Below are positions 43,795 through 53,952 of a stretch of DNA of 64,000 nt, one piece after another. Both the position numbers and the translations under genes were made by a program. The DNA is taken from assembly GCA_008690995.1 (NCBI GenBank), contig VRMN01000004.1, positions 1,674,001-1,738,000 on the forward strand. Reading direction: 5' to 3'. Every line of letters begins with the position of its first letter. The first letter of the stretch is position 1. Origin of the DNA: Porphyridium purpureum. Its lineage: Eukaryota. The notes under the pieces are model-generated. The model did no database searches, was not told where the DNA came from, and saw only the letters and a list, made by a program, of their open reading frames with translations.

Positions 43795-44973
43795 ATGGAG
43801 TTGGCCGAGTGGGCGACAACGCCCGCACCCGCGCTCTACCGACCGTTTGCAGCGCTCGCTGTGCCGCAGCGTTGCGTGAGCGTGTCGTCGCGGCAGCTCT
43901 ATGAGTTCTTGGTGAGCAACCACGGCGTGTTTGCGTCTGCGGCGCGCGTGCAAGCAGATCAAGCCCAACTGGACGAGCGCAGGCGTAGGCGGCGGCTGCC
44001 TGTCTCAGATCCGCAGTGGGAACCTGACAGTGACGCTTCCGGGTGGAGCTCGAGTGCAAGCAGTGGCGGCAGTAGCGTCGGATCTGACACGCAAGATGAA
44101 GCTCGAGCGCCGCCTCCAGATACCCCGCTATGGCTGGATGAGCTGTGTGCGCGCATTGACCGCAGCATCATGGAGCTCGGAGGCGCAGTTTGCCCCAAGC
44201 TAGGTGCGGTTTGTCCAGTGGATGCGGCATGGGTTATGTTCGGGCGCAGCGTGTGCTGCCGTTCATCTGAGGATGTGATGCTGCTACTCAAGAGCTCGGA
44301 CCGCGTGGCAGAGTACTTGACGCAGCGCAGCAGTAATGCGGGCGACGAGCACAGCCACATCATGATTCATCTGCGCAAGTGGAGGGATATGAATCCGGGC
44401 ATGGAGTTTAGATGCATTGTAAGAGACTCTGTCTTGGTAGCTGTCTCGCAAAGACATGTCGACGCGGCGTACACGTTTCTGGTCTCCGAGCGCGATATAA
44501 TACTGGACGCCATCTGCGCGTTTTTTGAATCGCAACTGGTCGAGATTGTGCATCGAGTATGTCTCGCAGCTAGCCGACCCGTTGCAACACAATCGTTTGT
44601 CTTTGATGTATACGTGTCGCCCAGTCACAAAGTGTGGCTCGTAGACATGGAGGAATTACGTGAGGGCTCCAACCTGCTTTTGTTTGATCACGAAGAGATC
44701 GATCAGGTGATGCGTATGGCCAATCTGCATGTTTCCGAGGAAGACCCACGCCAGGAATCTGATCCACTCGAAGCAAACGAGAACAGGCTCGACGAGCTCC
44801 CCTGGTTTCGCTGCGTTGACGACGCCACCAACCTGTCGTCTCTAGGAAGCGCGCAGCGCGATGCGCTTCCGATCGACCTCAGCGACTCGCAGGCACTGTC
44901 GCGCGCCGCAGAACTCGCCCAGACTCTGGTGCGTGCGCAAGAAGAGCGCGGAGCGCCGAATAAGAAACCATGA
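43795..44973 (+). CDS. CDC123: Cell division cycle protein 123 homologue (D123, ATP-grasp)
   Basis: LGGAVCPKL..PVDAAW, LLLKSSDR, LRKW, MEFRCIV..AVSQR, FVFDVYV, LLF. Confidence 0.88.
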   Translation: MELAEWATTPAPALYRPFAALAVPQRCVSVSSRQLYEFLVSNHGVFASAARVQADQAQLDERRRRRRLPVSDPQWEPDSDASGWSSSASSGGSSVGSDTQDEARAPPPDTPLWLDELCARIDRSIMELGGAVCPKLGAVCPVDAAWVMFGRSVCCRSSEDVMLLLKSSDRVAEYLTQRSSNAGDEHSHIMIHLRKWRDMNPGMEFRCIVRDSVLVAVSQRHVDAAYTFLVSERDIILDAICAFFESQLVEIVHRVCLAASRPVATQSFVFDVYVSPSHKVWLVDMEELREGSNLLLFDHEEIDQVMRMANLHVSEEDPRQESDPLEANENRLDELPWFRCVDDATNLSSLGSAQRDALPIDLSDSQALSRAAELAQTLVRAQEERGAPNKKP

Positions 44974-45041
44974 AAAAGATTTAAAATGATTGCAAATCCT
45001 GAAGCGTCGCCTGACCCCGTGGTTCAAGGATCAATGCTTCG

Positions 45042-46124
45042 CTATTTCACTACTTTAGGGGGCACAATGCGAAGCGAGCTGCACAGCTGATGGGCTAGTG
45101 CGCTGTCATATACCTCTTCGGGAGCCGTAAAGCTTGCAATAATCACGCGCTGCAGCTCGCGATGATATATGATAAACTCGGTCCCGGCGCGCTCGATAAC
45201 ATACGCCAGACGGTCCCCAGCGTTTGAGCTATTTTGGGTGGCGCCAGCGCTGGGAGGCGCGGACGCCTCCGCTTGCGCAGCGGACGCACCTTCTTCCACG
45301 ACGCGCTCCGGTTTGTATCCGGCAGCAAGCTCCAGGCGTCCGCGACTCTTGCCCGAAAGAATTAAAGGCACAACCAGACTCGATGTATCGGCGTTGTTGC
45401 TGCGCGTGCTGCCAATAGTAAGATTGCTTTTCTCGAGCCGAACCAGTAGGTCGAGCTGCAGGACCTCCGAGTCGACACCAAAATCGGCACCGGGTAGAAC
45501 GCTGACTTTGGTCGCACTGCTGACCTGCTGGCCACCGACAGCCGCAGCATAGTCGCGATACGACAAAAACAAATTAGCAAGGTCTAGTGACGTACCTAGA
45601 CCATCCCACATCATCCGAGGCGCAGCTCGGCCTCGGCGCGGGCTCGCGCTCGCCATACCGGAGCGCGTCAGCAGCAAATCACTAAAGACCGGTCCGGCAT
45701 CGAGGATCTTGACAGTCAGGATCGACGTGGAGCGGAAGTCACCGACAACGACGCCGTCATCGCGCACGCTTCGGAACCACGTCTTGGGTGCCAAAATTTC
45801 AACAGTACCGTTACTCAAGGACAAGGGTTCCAGAAGCAACTGCTGCTGCTGCTGCTGCTGCTCTTGTCGTTCGCCGTCAGACGCCGCGGCTTGCTCAGCT
45901 TCGGGGCCGGCAGCGGCAGCAGCAGGGCTGCAGCCACGTGAATTCGAGAATCCGAGTGTCACGGGAAGAGCCACCAGCACGGCTCGCAGAAGCTCACGCC
46001 GACTGGGATCCTCAGCTACATGAGGACCTGTCGAAGGCATCCCACAGCATACCAAACGTCTGCCACGTGGGCGGCTCACCCGTACCGCGGCACTTGGAAA
46101 TAAGGCAAACGCGTTCATGGCCAT
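45042..46124 (-). CDS. Plastid/thylakoid-lumen PsbP-like protein (bipartite Tat presequence)
   Basis: MNAFALF transit peptide, SRRELL twin-arginine motif, hydrophobic stretch, AAA. VEILAPKTW and C-terminal APEEVY...CSSLRI resemble the PsbP fold. Confidence 0.6.
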   Translation of the reverse strand: MAMNAFALFPSAAVRVSRPRGRRLVCCGMPSTGPHVAEDPSRRELLRAVLVALPVTLGFSNSRGCSPAAAAAGPEAEQAAASDGERQEQQQQQQQLLLEPLSLSNGTVEILAPKTWFRSVRDDGVVVGDFRSTSILTVKILDAGPVFSDLLLTRSGMASASPRRGRAAPRMMWDGLGTSLDLANLFLSYRDYAAAVGGQQVSSATKVSVLPGADFGVDSEVLQLDLLVRLEKSNLTIGSTRSNNADTSSLVVPLILSGKSRGRLELAAGYKPERVVEEGASAAQAEASAPPSAGATQNSSNAGDRLAYVIERAGTEFIIYHRELQRVIIASFTAPEEVYDSALAHQLCSSLRIVPPKVVK

Positions 46125-46126
46125 CC

Positions 46127-46957
46127 TTACGTTTGTGACGGACGCGGAAGCAATTTCTTTTCCTTTGATTCCCGTGCCTTTCTCTTCTTGTTCACAAACT
46201 TCTTCAGCTTGCCAGTCTTTTTAAGCTCGTCGAATTTCGCTTTGAGCTGAAGTTCCTTGACCACGCCTTTCTTTGCAAAGTACGGCGTCTTTCCCTGCAT
46301 AACCAGCAGCTTCTCCTTCTCTCTCAACTCGTGCTCGACCTGCTCGTCGCGCATGCGCGCCTTCCTGCGCGCTTCGGCCTGGAGTAGCGCGTCCAGCTGC
46401 TGCTTGAGCGTGTCCTTGCTTTGCGGGTTGCGAGTCCGACGCAGCTCGGTTTGTAAGGTCTCAATCTCCTGCTCGCGAATCTGTTCCACAAAGCCGTACG
46501 CGTTTCGAATATGTGCGCTACTGAGTCGCCCGGTATACTCCACAAACCGCGGGTCGACGCGTTTGGCCACCGCACGCGCTGGAACCTTGAGCTGGATCTC
46601 GTTCTTGGCGTCGCGACCCAGATACTGCGTGCGGGCACGCGCCGAAAGCTCCACGGGGGCACGAGAGCTCTTTGGCTTTGCCTCTTTTGCCTCTGCGTCA
46701 CCCGCCCCTTTCCTTCCCCTCGCGGGCGCCGCCTCGTCGTCGCCACTCACGCTTACCGTGTCACCCAACGGCGCGCGCAGCCGCTCCGCGTGCGAACGCG
46801 ACCCAACCTTCTCGGACTTCCACGCGGCCTCCTCGTTCCGCGCGCGCCGCGCAGCTACCAGCTCTCCCAAAGATGGCACCTGCTCCACAGGCACGTTCAT
46901 TTCCGTCACCTCGCTCCTCTCCTCCGCTGTCCCCTTTGTCGTGCCGTCGACCTGCAT
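46127..46957 (-). CDS. RRP36: rRNA biogenesis protein RRP36
   Basis: APVELSAR, DPRF..AYGFV..REQE, GKTPYFAKK..KFDELKKTGKLKKF. Confidence 0.92.
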   Translation of the reverse strand: MQVDGTTKGTAEERSEVTEMNVPVEQVPSLGELVAARRARNEEAAWKSEKVGSRSHAERLRAPLGDTVSVSGDDEAAPARGRKGAGDAEAKEAKPKSSRAPVELSARARTQYLGRDAKNEIQLKVPARAVAKRVDPRFVEYTGRLSSAHIRNAYGFVEQIREQEIETLQTELRRTRNPQSKDTLKQQLDALLQAEARRKARMRDEQVEHELREKEKLLVMQGKTPYFAKKGVVKELQLKAKFDELKKTGKLKKFVNKKRKARESKEKKLLPRPSQT

Positions 46958-47559
46958 CCTTGGCGTTGCCGAGCGGCATCAAGGTGATTTACCGCGGTGC
47001 AACAAGACACGCAGCACACGTTTGTACGCCGCTGCCGCTGCACACACCCGCTCGCGCGTAACACGTGCCGGAGCGGTGCGGACGTCGGAAGGAGTGTCGC
47101 TGCCGCGGCGGTCTCTTGCACGGGTGCGCGCCGCGGCATTTTCATGCCACAACCAGTCATCTTGGACCACCAACAGCAAGAGTGAAAGACATTTTTACGT
47201 TTGACGTGGAGACTCTGACATCGGCTCTCCCGCTGGCCGTCTGTGTCGCGAAACCTGCAACGATGCATTGACTCGAGTGGTTAGCGGCGCGGTACGGTTG
47301 CAGCTGGTGGGTTGCGTCTGGTCTCGTTCGGACAAAGCCGGACGCTGTGTTCGTTGCTCTGGGGTCAGCACCTCCTGCTTTGACTGCTACTGCGCCACGA
47401 CCCCGCCCCGTGTATTGTTCATGCATTTTTGCTCCAAAAGCGCACGCTGGCCGCTGCATCTGCTGCGCGCGGTCGGCTTGAGCCGTGCACCGATTCGCGA
47501 TGTTGTCGGCTGCACCAGCGGGACACATCAGTGGATGGACGCGCGCACGATTTGTCACT

Positions 47560-47960
47560 GCTACGCACTGCGATGTGCATTGCATTCTGCACTGAAGAGC
47601 AGACCTCTATCCAGCGCTCTTCTTCAGCTCGCTTGTCTGCTGGCTGGCGGTATGCGTCGATGGAAAAAGATGGGCATTTAAAGACATTGCCTGCGTCGCC
47701 GTTCTGACGGACCTGGACAGCTTCTGACGGACGGGTTGCATATTTTCTGTCAGAGAATTCTAAGCCTTTCTCAAGAGCAATTTTTTCCTGACTCCTCGTC
47801 GGAGCGAGACGCCAGACTTCTCGCAGCATTGCGTGACCATGTATTCACGGGCGCTGAGGACGCTATCGTCATAATTGACGAGGTAGTCGCTTCATCCAAA
47901 GTGCTGGAGATAAGCAAGCGCTGCGCAGGAATGGCGGCGATATTGATGCACCGTCAGCGT
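47560..47960 (-). pseudogene. Decayed nitroreductase-like fragment (tentative)
   Basis: MLREVWRLAPT (cf. LEAAxWAP) and EEERWIEVCSSVQNAMHIA (cf. EExxAVACAVQNMxL) appear in order, with deletion and stops. Confidence 0.3.
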
Positions 47961-48245
47961 CTTGCCTGCAACGCAACAACCTTGCGCGAGGCACCTTCCT
48001 ACCTCCCGCCGAGACTCGCAAAACTCACAACACGCAAAGCTGAACCGTTAATCCGTTTAGCCAATAGACTGTTTAGCCAATAAACTGGTACGGGTGTGAA
48101 CCGATAGCGGCGGGAGGGTGCCGGGCGGCGGAAGAAGGCTGGGCGTGATGGGTGTGAGCGTTCGTCGACGTCTGTACGCGTGGGCTGCCTGCGTTGTCGT
48201 GAGTGAGAGAGAGCGAGAGAGAGAGCGCTCGTCGCGCGACGCGCA

Positions 48246-50435
48246 ATGCCGCGGAAGAAGAAGAGCGGGTCGGCGGTCGTCGAGGCTGGAACTCGCAAGG
48301 GCTCGAGTGACGCGCGTGATGTTGAGCGTCCGGCAGCTTCGGCGTGGCCGGCGCATTTGAGGCACGAGGACGCGCGCGGCGCCGCGGAAGGGCTGGATGG
48401 TAGCAGGGCTCGGGATGATGATGATGATGAGGAGGAGGAGGAGGATGACGAAGAGCTCGAGTCAGAGGACGAGAACGCCAAGCTGCTGACCAAACGTCTG
48501 GACCAGAAGATTGCGCAGACATATACCATGCTGATCAACAAAGATGCGCAAATCTACGACAAAGGCACGCACTTCTTTGACGATGAGAAAAGCGACCAGG
48601 ACACCGAGCGAGAAGAGGCAAAATCCTCATCCTCGTCTGCCAGTGGCAGTCGTACCAGTTCAGATGGATCGGACGACGAACCGGTGGCCGGATTCGCGGT
48701 CAAGACGTCCGCTCCGATGAAGCTGAAGGATTATGCTCGAGAAAAGCTACTCCGACAAATGAGCACTGAGGGAACAGGAGATAGAAAGCGTCCTGAGGAT
48801 GCGAGTGGTAGTGACGGTGAAGCGGACGGGGACGGAAGACCCGACGCGGCGGCTCACGTCGTCGACGACGGATTCGAACCCGCGGCGAGGACGTCCGAGT
48901 ATGTGAAATCATTTATTTATGATGAAGACCAAGCCAAGCTGCGCGCGGAAGTGCTTGGCGCCATAGCTTCAGATAGCGAAAGTGTCTCTGGAGCAGATGG
49001 TGCGGAACTGGACGATGGCGCGCAGAAAGAAACACTTGGGAACGGGCTGCTCACGAAAAAGGCAAAAACACGCGATGACACCGAGCGTGAAGCAGAGGAC
49101 GAGGACCTTGCGCTTTATCGTGCGGCGATGGAAGCGAAAGAAGCTGAACTCGCGCACGAGTATCTGGAGAAGGAGACAGCGGAACAGAAAGAGGCGTTTT
49201 TGCGTGAGTACGTCCTCAACAATGGCTGGATTGAGCGTGAGCGCGAGGATGCCAATGACGGTGAGAAAGCAAGCAAGCGCGAGCGCGCACAGCAGTTGCA
49301 TCTTGCTCGCGATGAGCAGTTTCTTGAGGATGCGGATCGATTCGAGTATGCGCAGAATTTCCGTTTCGAGGATCCAGAAGGCGCGCAGCGCGAGCTGATG
49401 AGCTACGCGCGTAGTATTGACGGCACTATGCGTCGCAAGGACGAGCGGCGGCGACTGAAACGTCTGGCCAAGATGGAGAAGAAGCAGCTTGACCAAACGC
49501 GCGAGGCGGAGAAGATCAAGCGCGAGAAAAACTTGCGCAAGGCTCGCATTCTGGAGCGCATGCGCGAGCTTGGTATAGATCTGGATGCTGACTTTGATCC
49601 TCTGCGTTGGGATGAACTCGTCAGCGAGGCGTTCGCGGGCCGCGAGGGAAATCATGAGGAGGACGAGCAGCGCGTGCGGGACGAGTTGGATGATCTGCTG
49701 GAACAGTACTATGACCTGGAATACAATGTGGGCGGGGAGAATGGTGCAGATGGCGGCGGCACGATGCGTTTCAAATACCGCGAGGTAGAGCGTGAAACGT
49801 TTGGGCTGGACGCGGAAGAAGTTCTTGAAATGGACGACGCGGAGCTAAACAAAATGGTGCCACTGAAGTATCTCGCGACGTACCGACCGCCTGATACCCT
49901 TCCCAAGAAATTGCGCGCTGCATCGCGCAGCAAGAGCAAAGCGCAATTCCTTCGACGTGAGGCGCGCGAGCAGGTACGCCAGGAAAAGGAAAAACGCAGA
50001 GAGGCGCGCCAGCAGAACAAGGCAGATGCCAGACAACTATCGTTCAAGGGTGAGACCGAAGAGACTTCTCAGCACTTGGGTCATGGCGACGATGCGCCGG
50101 AGCCTAGAAGAAAGCACAAGGATAAGCGCAAGATGAGTGGGGAAGGCGGACACGAACAACGGATGGAAAACGAGACGCACGGTGCGCAGTATCACCGCAG
50201 AATTGATCAAGACGGTGCCGAATCTGGGGCAGAATTGACCCTTGCGCCTCCGCAAGCTTCCAAGAAACGGAAAGAATCGGAAAGCGCAAGCGCCGCCAAA
50301 GGCGTGCCCAATCCAAACGATAAGCACACCGACTCTGGGGTCGTTGAGAAGCCCAAGAAGAAAAAGAAGTCATCGGTCCAGGTTAAGTCTGTTGCCGATC
50401 TTCCGCGCTCGAGGCGCGAGGCTTACGGGGTGTAA
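48246..50435 (+). CDS. KRI1: KRI1 homologue (40S biogenesis)
   Basis: FLREYVLNNGW, FEYAQNFRFEDP, YARSIDGTMRRKD, RFKYREV..FGL..EEVL..DDAELN..LKYLATY. Confidence 0.93.
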   Translation: MPRKKKSGSAVVEAGTRKGSSDARDVERPAASAWPAHLRHEDARGAAEGLDGSRARDDDDDEEEEEDDEELESEDENAKLLTKRLDQKIAQTYTMLINKDAQIYDKGTHFFDDEKSDQDTEREEAKSSSSSASGSRTSSDGSDDEPVAGFAVKTSAPMKLKDYAREKLLRQMSTEGTGDRKRPEDASGSDGEADGDGRPDAAAHVVDDGFEPAARTSEYVKSFIYDEDQAKLRAEVLGAIASDSESVSGADGAELDDGAQKETLGNGLLTKKAKTRDDTEREAEDEDLALYRAAMEAKEAELAHEYLEKETAEQKEAFLREYVLNNGWIEREREDANDGEKASKRERAQQLHLARDEQFLEDADRFEYAQNFRFEDPEGAQRELMSYARSIDGTMRRKDERRRLKRLAKMEKKQLDQTREAEKIKREKNLRKARILERMRELGIDLDADFDPLRWDELVSEAFAGREGNHEEDEQRVRDELDDLLEQYYDLEYNVGGENGADGGGTMRFKYREVERETFGLDAEEVLEMDDAELNKMVPLKYLATYRPPDTLPKKLRAASRSKSKAQFLRREAREQVRQEKEKRREARQQNKADARQLSFKGETEETSQHLGHGDDAPEPRRKHKDKRKMSGEGGHEQRMENETHGAQYHRRIDQDGAESGAELTLAPPQASKKRKESESASAAKGVPNPNDKHTDSGVVEKPKKKKKSSVQVKSVADLPRSRREAYGV

Positions 50436-50966
50436 AGATAATGATCGCGGCTTTCTTCTGGCTGCTATTTTACCTTTACGAGTGCATGTGGGTATCTATC
50501 GTTCTGCCTTTCATGTGATTTGAAAAAAAGAAGCGAAGAACGGAATCAGGGCAAGCTGACACGAATACGTGTGCCCGTTTCTCCCTTTCTTTCTTTTTCT
50601 CGCATGCGTCGAGCAATCGCAATCCTGCGGCAGAGGACTTCCGCGCCTCGGCCTGATTCTTGAGTGACTTGTGCGAGAGTAGTGCAAACAGAGCTTGACA
50701 TCCAAAACTTTTACTATTCAAAAGTGAAACGCTTTCAACCTTCTTCAACTTTGCACGGCGTCGGGCTTGGCACATCAATTCAAGGCTGTCCTTCAGATGC
50801 GCTCTGTGCACGAGCTACGTGGACCAACACCGACAAGAATTCGTGCGAAAGAGCAACGAACTGCTGCGCGAGACGCAACCAAATAAATCCACAAAAACTC
50901 ACAACCGCGCCGGGACTCTTGAGTTACAGGCGACGTGACGTCCCAAATGCGAGCGCAGCGGATCGA

Positions 50967-51917
50967 ATGACGTCGGCGTGGTGCTCAAGTGCTGCGAACG
51001 CAAGAACGCCGCGATCACATACCGGGCTCAAGCCGGCAAGTTACACACGCGCAAGGACAGCGTTGGTGAGTCGACGCGATCGAGTGCGCACAGAGTGCGC
51101 GGGTCCTGATCGTCGAGCTGGCAAAGTGAGGATGCAGGAGAGCGCTCATGCCAGGCAACAGGAGCTGCAGATTGTCAATGAACGCGGTGAGAAGCTTGCC
51201 GCGACATGGACCGACCGCGGTACGGGCGAGGTGGTGGTGCTGTGCCACGGCTTTCGTTCCAAGCGCGACAATCGCGTCAACGTCGCGCTGACGGACGCTC
51301 TCACGCAACTCGGCACGGTGCGGTTCGACTTTCACGGAAACAACGAGTCGGAGGGCGAGTTTGACTATGCTGGATACGCGCACGAAGCGTGCGATGTTCG
51401 CGCAGTCGTGCAGTACTGCCGCACGCAGCTCAACCAGCGCGTGCGAGGAGTGCTTGGACACAGCAAAGCGTCGGCGTCCGTTCTTTTGTACGCCAGCATG
51501 TTTCCAGACGAGGCGCCTTCGCGGATAATCCAGGTTTCGGGCCGCTTTGACATGCGCACGGGTGTGCGTGAGAGATTTGGTGACGCGATTCTGGAGCAAC
51601 TGGAGCGCGATGGCGTGGTGACTGTACAAGACGATACAAGTCCGCCGTACAGGCTGCGCAAATCATCTCTCGACGAGCGCCTCGCGCTTGACATGGCGAC
51701 CGTAGCGCACGGGTTTCCACCCGCGCCGTGCGCTCTGCTGTCAGTGCACGGAAGCAAAGACGAGGTGATTCCCGTGACTCATGCGTACGATTTCGAGCGG
51801 TGCGTAGATCCGGCGCAACATACTGTCGTGGTGATCGACGGCGCTTGCCATCGGTTCGTACAGCCAGAGCACCTGCGGCAGCTCGTGCAGCACTGTATAT
51901 CGTTTCTCGAGGCATGA
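50967..51917 (+). CDS. Alpha/beta-hydrolase, probably organelle-targeted
   Basis: VVVLCHGF, RFDFHGNNES, nucleophile GHSKA, VHGSKDEVIP, DGACH. Ser/Arg-rich N-terminus. Start uncertain. Confidence 0.85.
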   Translation: MTSAWCSSAANARTPRSHTGLKPASYTRARTALVSRRDRVRTECAGPDRRAGKVRMQESAHARQQELQIVNERGEKLAATWTDRGTGEVVVLCHGFRSKRDNRVNVALTDALTQLGTVRFDFHGNNESEGEFDYAGYAHEACDVRAVVQYCRTQLNQRVRGVLGHSKASASVLLYASMFPDEAPSRIIQVSGRFDMRTGVRERFGDAILEQLERDGVVTVQDDTSPPYRLRKSSLDERLALDMATVAHGFPPAPCALLSVHGSKDEVIPVTHAYDFERCVDPAQHTVVVIDGACHRFVQPEHLRQLVQHCISFLEA

Positions 51918-51996
51918 TGCGCCATGTTGTCGTTGTTTCTTTGTAGCATTGCAGTTTTAAAAAAAGAAAAGTCAGTTTGCTCTTACGATCCCTTAT

Positions 51997-53952
51997 CTAT
52001 GCACGCAAGGTCATGGTGTCGCTCACCGAAACCGAACGGCACACGCCGTTACAAAGCCGGTGCTCGAAACCAACGCAGTCCGGTGACTTGTCACCATGAA
52101 TTTCGTGATGATCTAGCTCCTCCATTGCACCATTTGCCTTCGTGCTTCGGCGCTGGTACGGCGCGGAAAGGGCCATACTCGCTGCCTTTTGGTATGCTGG
52201 TGATGAGCTCTCATTTCCTGCCGCTTCGACCAGTGCGTGGTTGTCATTCCTTGCCGCCACTTGCTCTGCACGAGAGGGCGGTGCAAGGCGTTCGTTCCTA
52301 ACGCAAGCTTCTACTTTGCTGTGGTCAGTGATCCTGCTGCTGCTGCTGCTGCTGGCACTAGCCCCGAGCTTGCGCCGGTACTTGATTTGCAGCAGCTCGG
52401 ATACCTCGTCAAAGACCTCGATGGCCATGTCTAAGTCCTCGCGGGTGTGCGCGGCACTAATACAGATGCGAGCGCGAGATAGGATGAGCGGCGTGGCCGG
52501 AAAGCCGACCACGACGACCGCGACTTGCCGCTTCAGACACTCTCGCGAAAACGCGGCGATTTTTCCCGGCTGGAAAAGCATGATTGGAATGACGGGAGAA
52601 TCGTAGTCGCCATAGATAAGCAGGCCCATCTCTTCCAGCCGCTGACGGAAGTAGATCGAGTTGTCACGAAGGCTTTTGATTTTCGCGCCCCCGATGCCTG
52701 AACGATCGCGATCATCGAGCTGGTGGAAGACCCACTCGACGTGCCGCGCACACACGGGTGACATGGGATACGTGTTGACGCACCCAGCTGCCGTGTATCG
52801 CACGCGGTCAATAACGCACTGATCGGATGCAATGTATCCGCCAACGGCGCCGAACGACTTTGTGAACGTACCCATGAGAATATCCACGTCGGCTGGATTC
52901 ACGCCGGCATACTCGGTGACGCCGCGACCGGTCGCTCCGAGCGCCCCAATGCTATGTGCCTCGTCCAGGTAAAGATACGCGCCGTACTTCTTCTTCACTG
53001 CGACAATCTCGGCGAGCTCGCATACCTCGCCCTCCATCGAGTACACACCTTCTACGATGATCAGAATCTTGTTCCACGGCTCGCCCGAGTGCGGCTGGCC
53101 TTCGACAATGGCCTCTCGGAGCTCGGCCTCGAGCGAGTGCGCGTCGTTGTGGGCGAAAACACGAATCCGCGCACCGGATAGCCTCGCGCCGACCACGATG
53201 CTCGAGTGGTTGAGCGCATCGGACAGGATGACGCAGCCCGGGCCGACCAGCGCCGGAATGAGCTGCGCATTGGTGGCAAAGCCCATGCCGCTCACGACCG
53301 CGGCCTCCTTGCCGAGAAACTCGGCGACCGTGCGCTCCAGCGATGTCACGGCAGCGGACTGGCATGCGCCCAGCGCCGGGGCGGGAACTCCAATCCCAAA
53401 GTTGTGCATGGCGTCGTACACCACGTCGTTCACTCCGCCCGGGATCTCACCGTATCCGAGATAGTTGTAGCTGCCGAGGTTCAGACAATGCGCGCGCGCA
53501 TTTGTGCTGCACAGTGTTTTGCGGTCACGCGATGCGCGGCGCATCACGACGTCGATCCACGCGCCGGGCGTGCTGCAGATCGGCCGGGCCCAGCAGTCCT
53601 GGATGCGCTGGTACATACGCCGCGTGTAAAAATCCTCCTTGCCGTTGACGAGCGGCGCAAAGCCCGCCTCCGTGCCATACTCCTCGCGCTTGAACAGCTG
53701 CCCGAACAGGTCCCGAACGTACCCGATGACAATTAAGCCCACGTACGATGCGTAGGTCATGAACAAGATCAAGTACGGCACTTCGTCTTCCTGCGAGCGA
53801 TGCACATCGGCAGGACTCTTTGCGGGCGCCACAGACGCGGACGGGCCTGTCTTGGCGGTCGCTGCGCTACGTGCCAACGAGCCGGCGGCGTCCGCGTCGG
53901 CTTGGGCGGAGGTTGCTGCCGCGCCGAGTGCTGCGGCGTGAGCGCGGGCCAT
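51997..53952 (-). CDS. LCB2: Serine palmitoyltransferase catalytic subunit LCB2
   Basis: FYTRRMY..DCWARPI, NLGSYNYLG, GVYSMEG, DEAHSIG, PLP-lysine motif GTFTKSFG, VVVVGFPATP. Confidence 0.95.
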   Translation of the reverse strand: MARAHAAALGAAATSAQADADAAGSLARSAATAKTGPSASVAPAKSPADVHRSQEDEVPYLILFMTYASYVGLIVIGYVRDLFGQLFKREEYGTEAGFAPLVNGKEDFYTRRMYQRIQDCWARPICSTPGAWIDVVMRRASRDRKTLCSTNARAHCLNLGSYNYLGYGEIPGGVNDVVYDAMHNFGIGVPAPALGACQSAAVTSLERTVAEFLGKEAAVVSGMGFATNAQLIPALVGPGCVILSDALNHSSIVVGARLSGARIRVFAHNDAHSLEAELREAIVEGQPHSGEPWNKILIIVEGVYSMEGEVCELAEIVAVKKKYGAYLYLDEAHSIGALGATGRGVTEYAGVNPADVDILMGTFTKSFGAVGGYIASDQCVIDRVRYTAAGCVNTYPMSPVCARHVEWVFHQLDDRDRSGIGGAKIKSLRDNSIYFRQRLEEMGLLIYGDYDSPVIPIMLFQPGKIAAFSRECLKRQVAVVVVGFPATPLILSRARICISAAHTREDLDMAIEVFDEVSELLQIKYRRKLGASASSSSSSRITDHSKVEACVRNERLAPPSRAEQVAARNDNHALVEAAGNESSSPAYQKAASMALSAPYQRRSTKANGAMEELDHHEIHGDKSPDCVGFEHRLCNGVCRSVSVSDTMTLRA

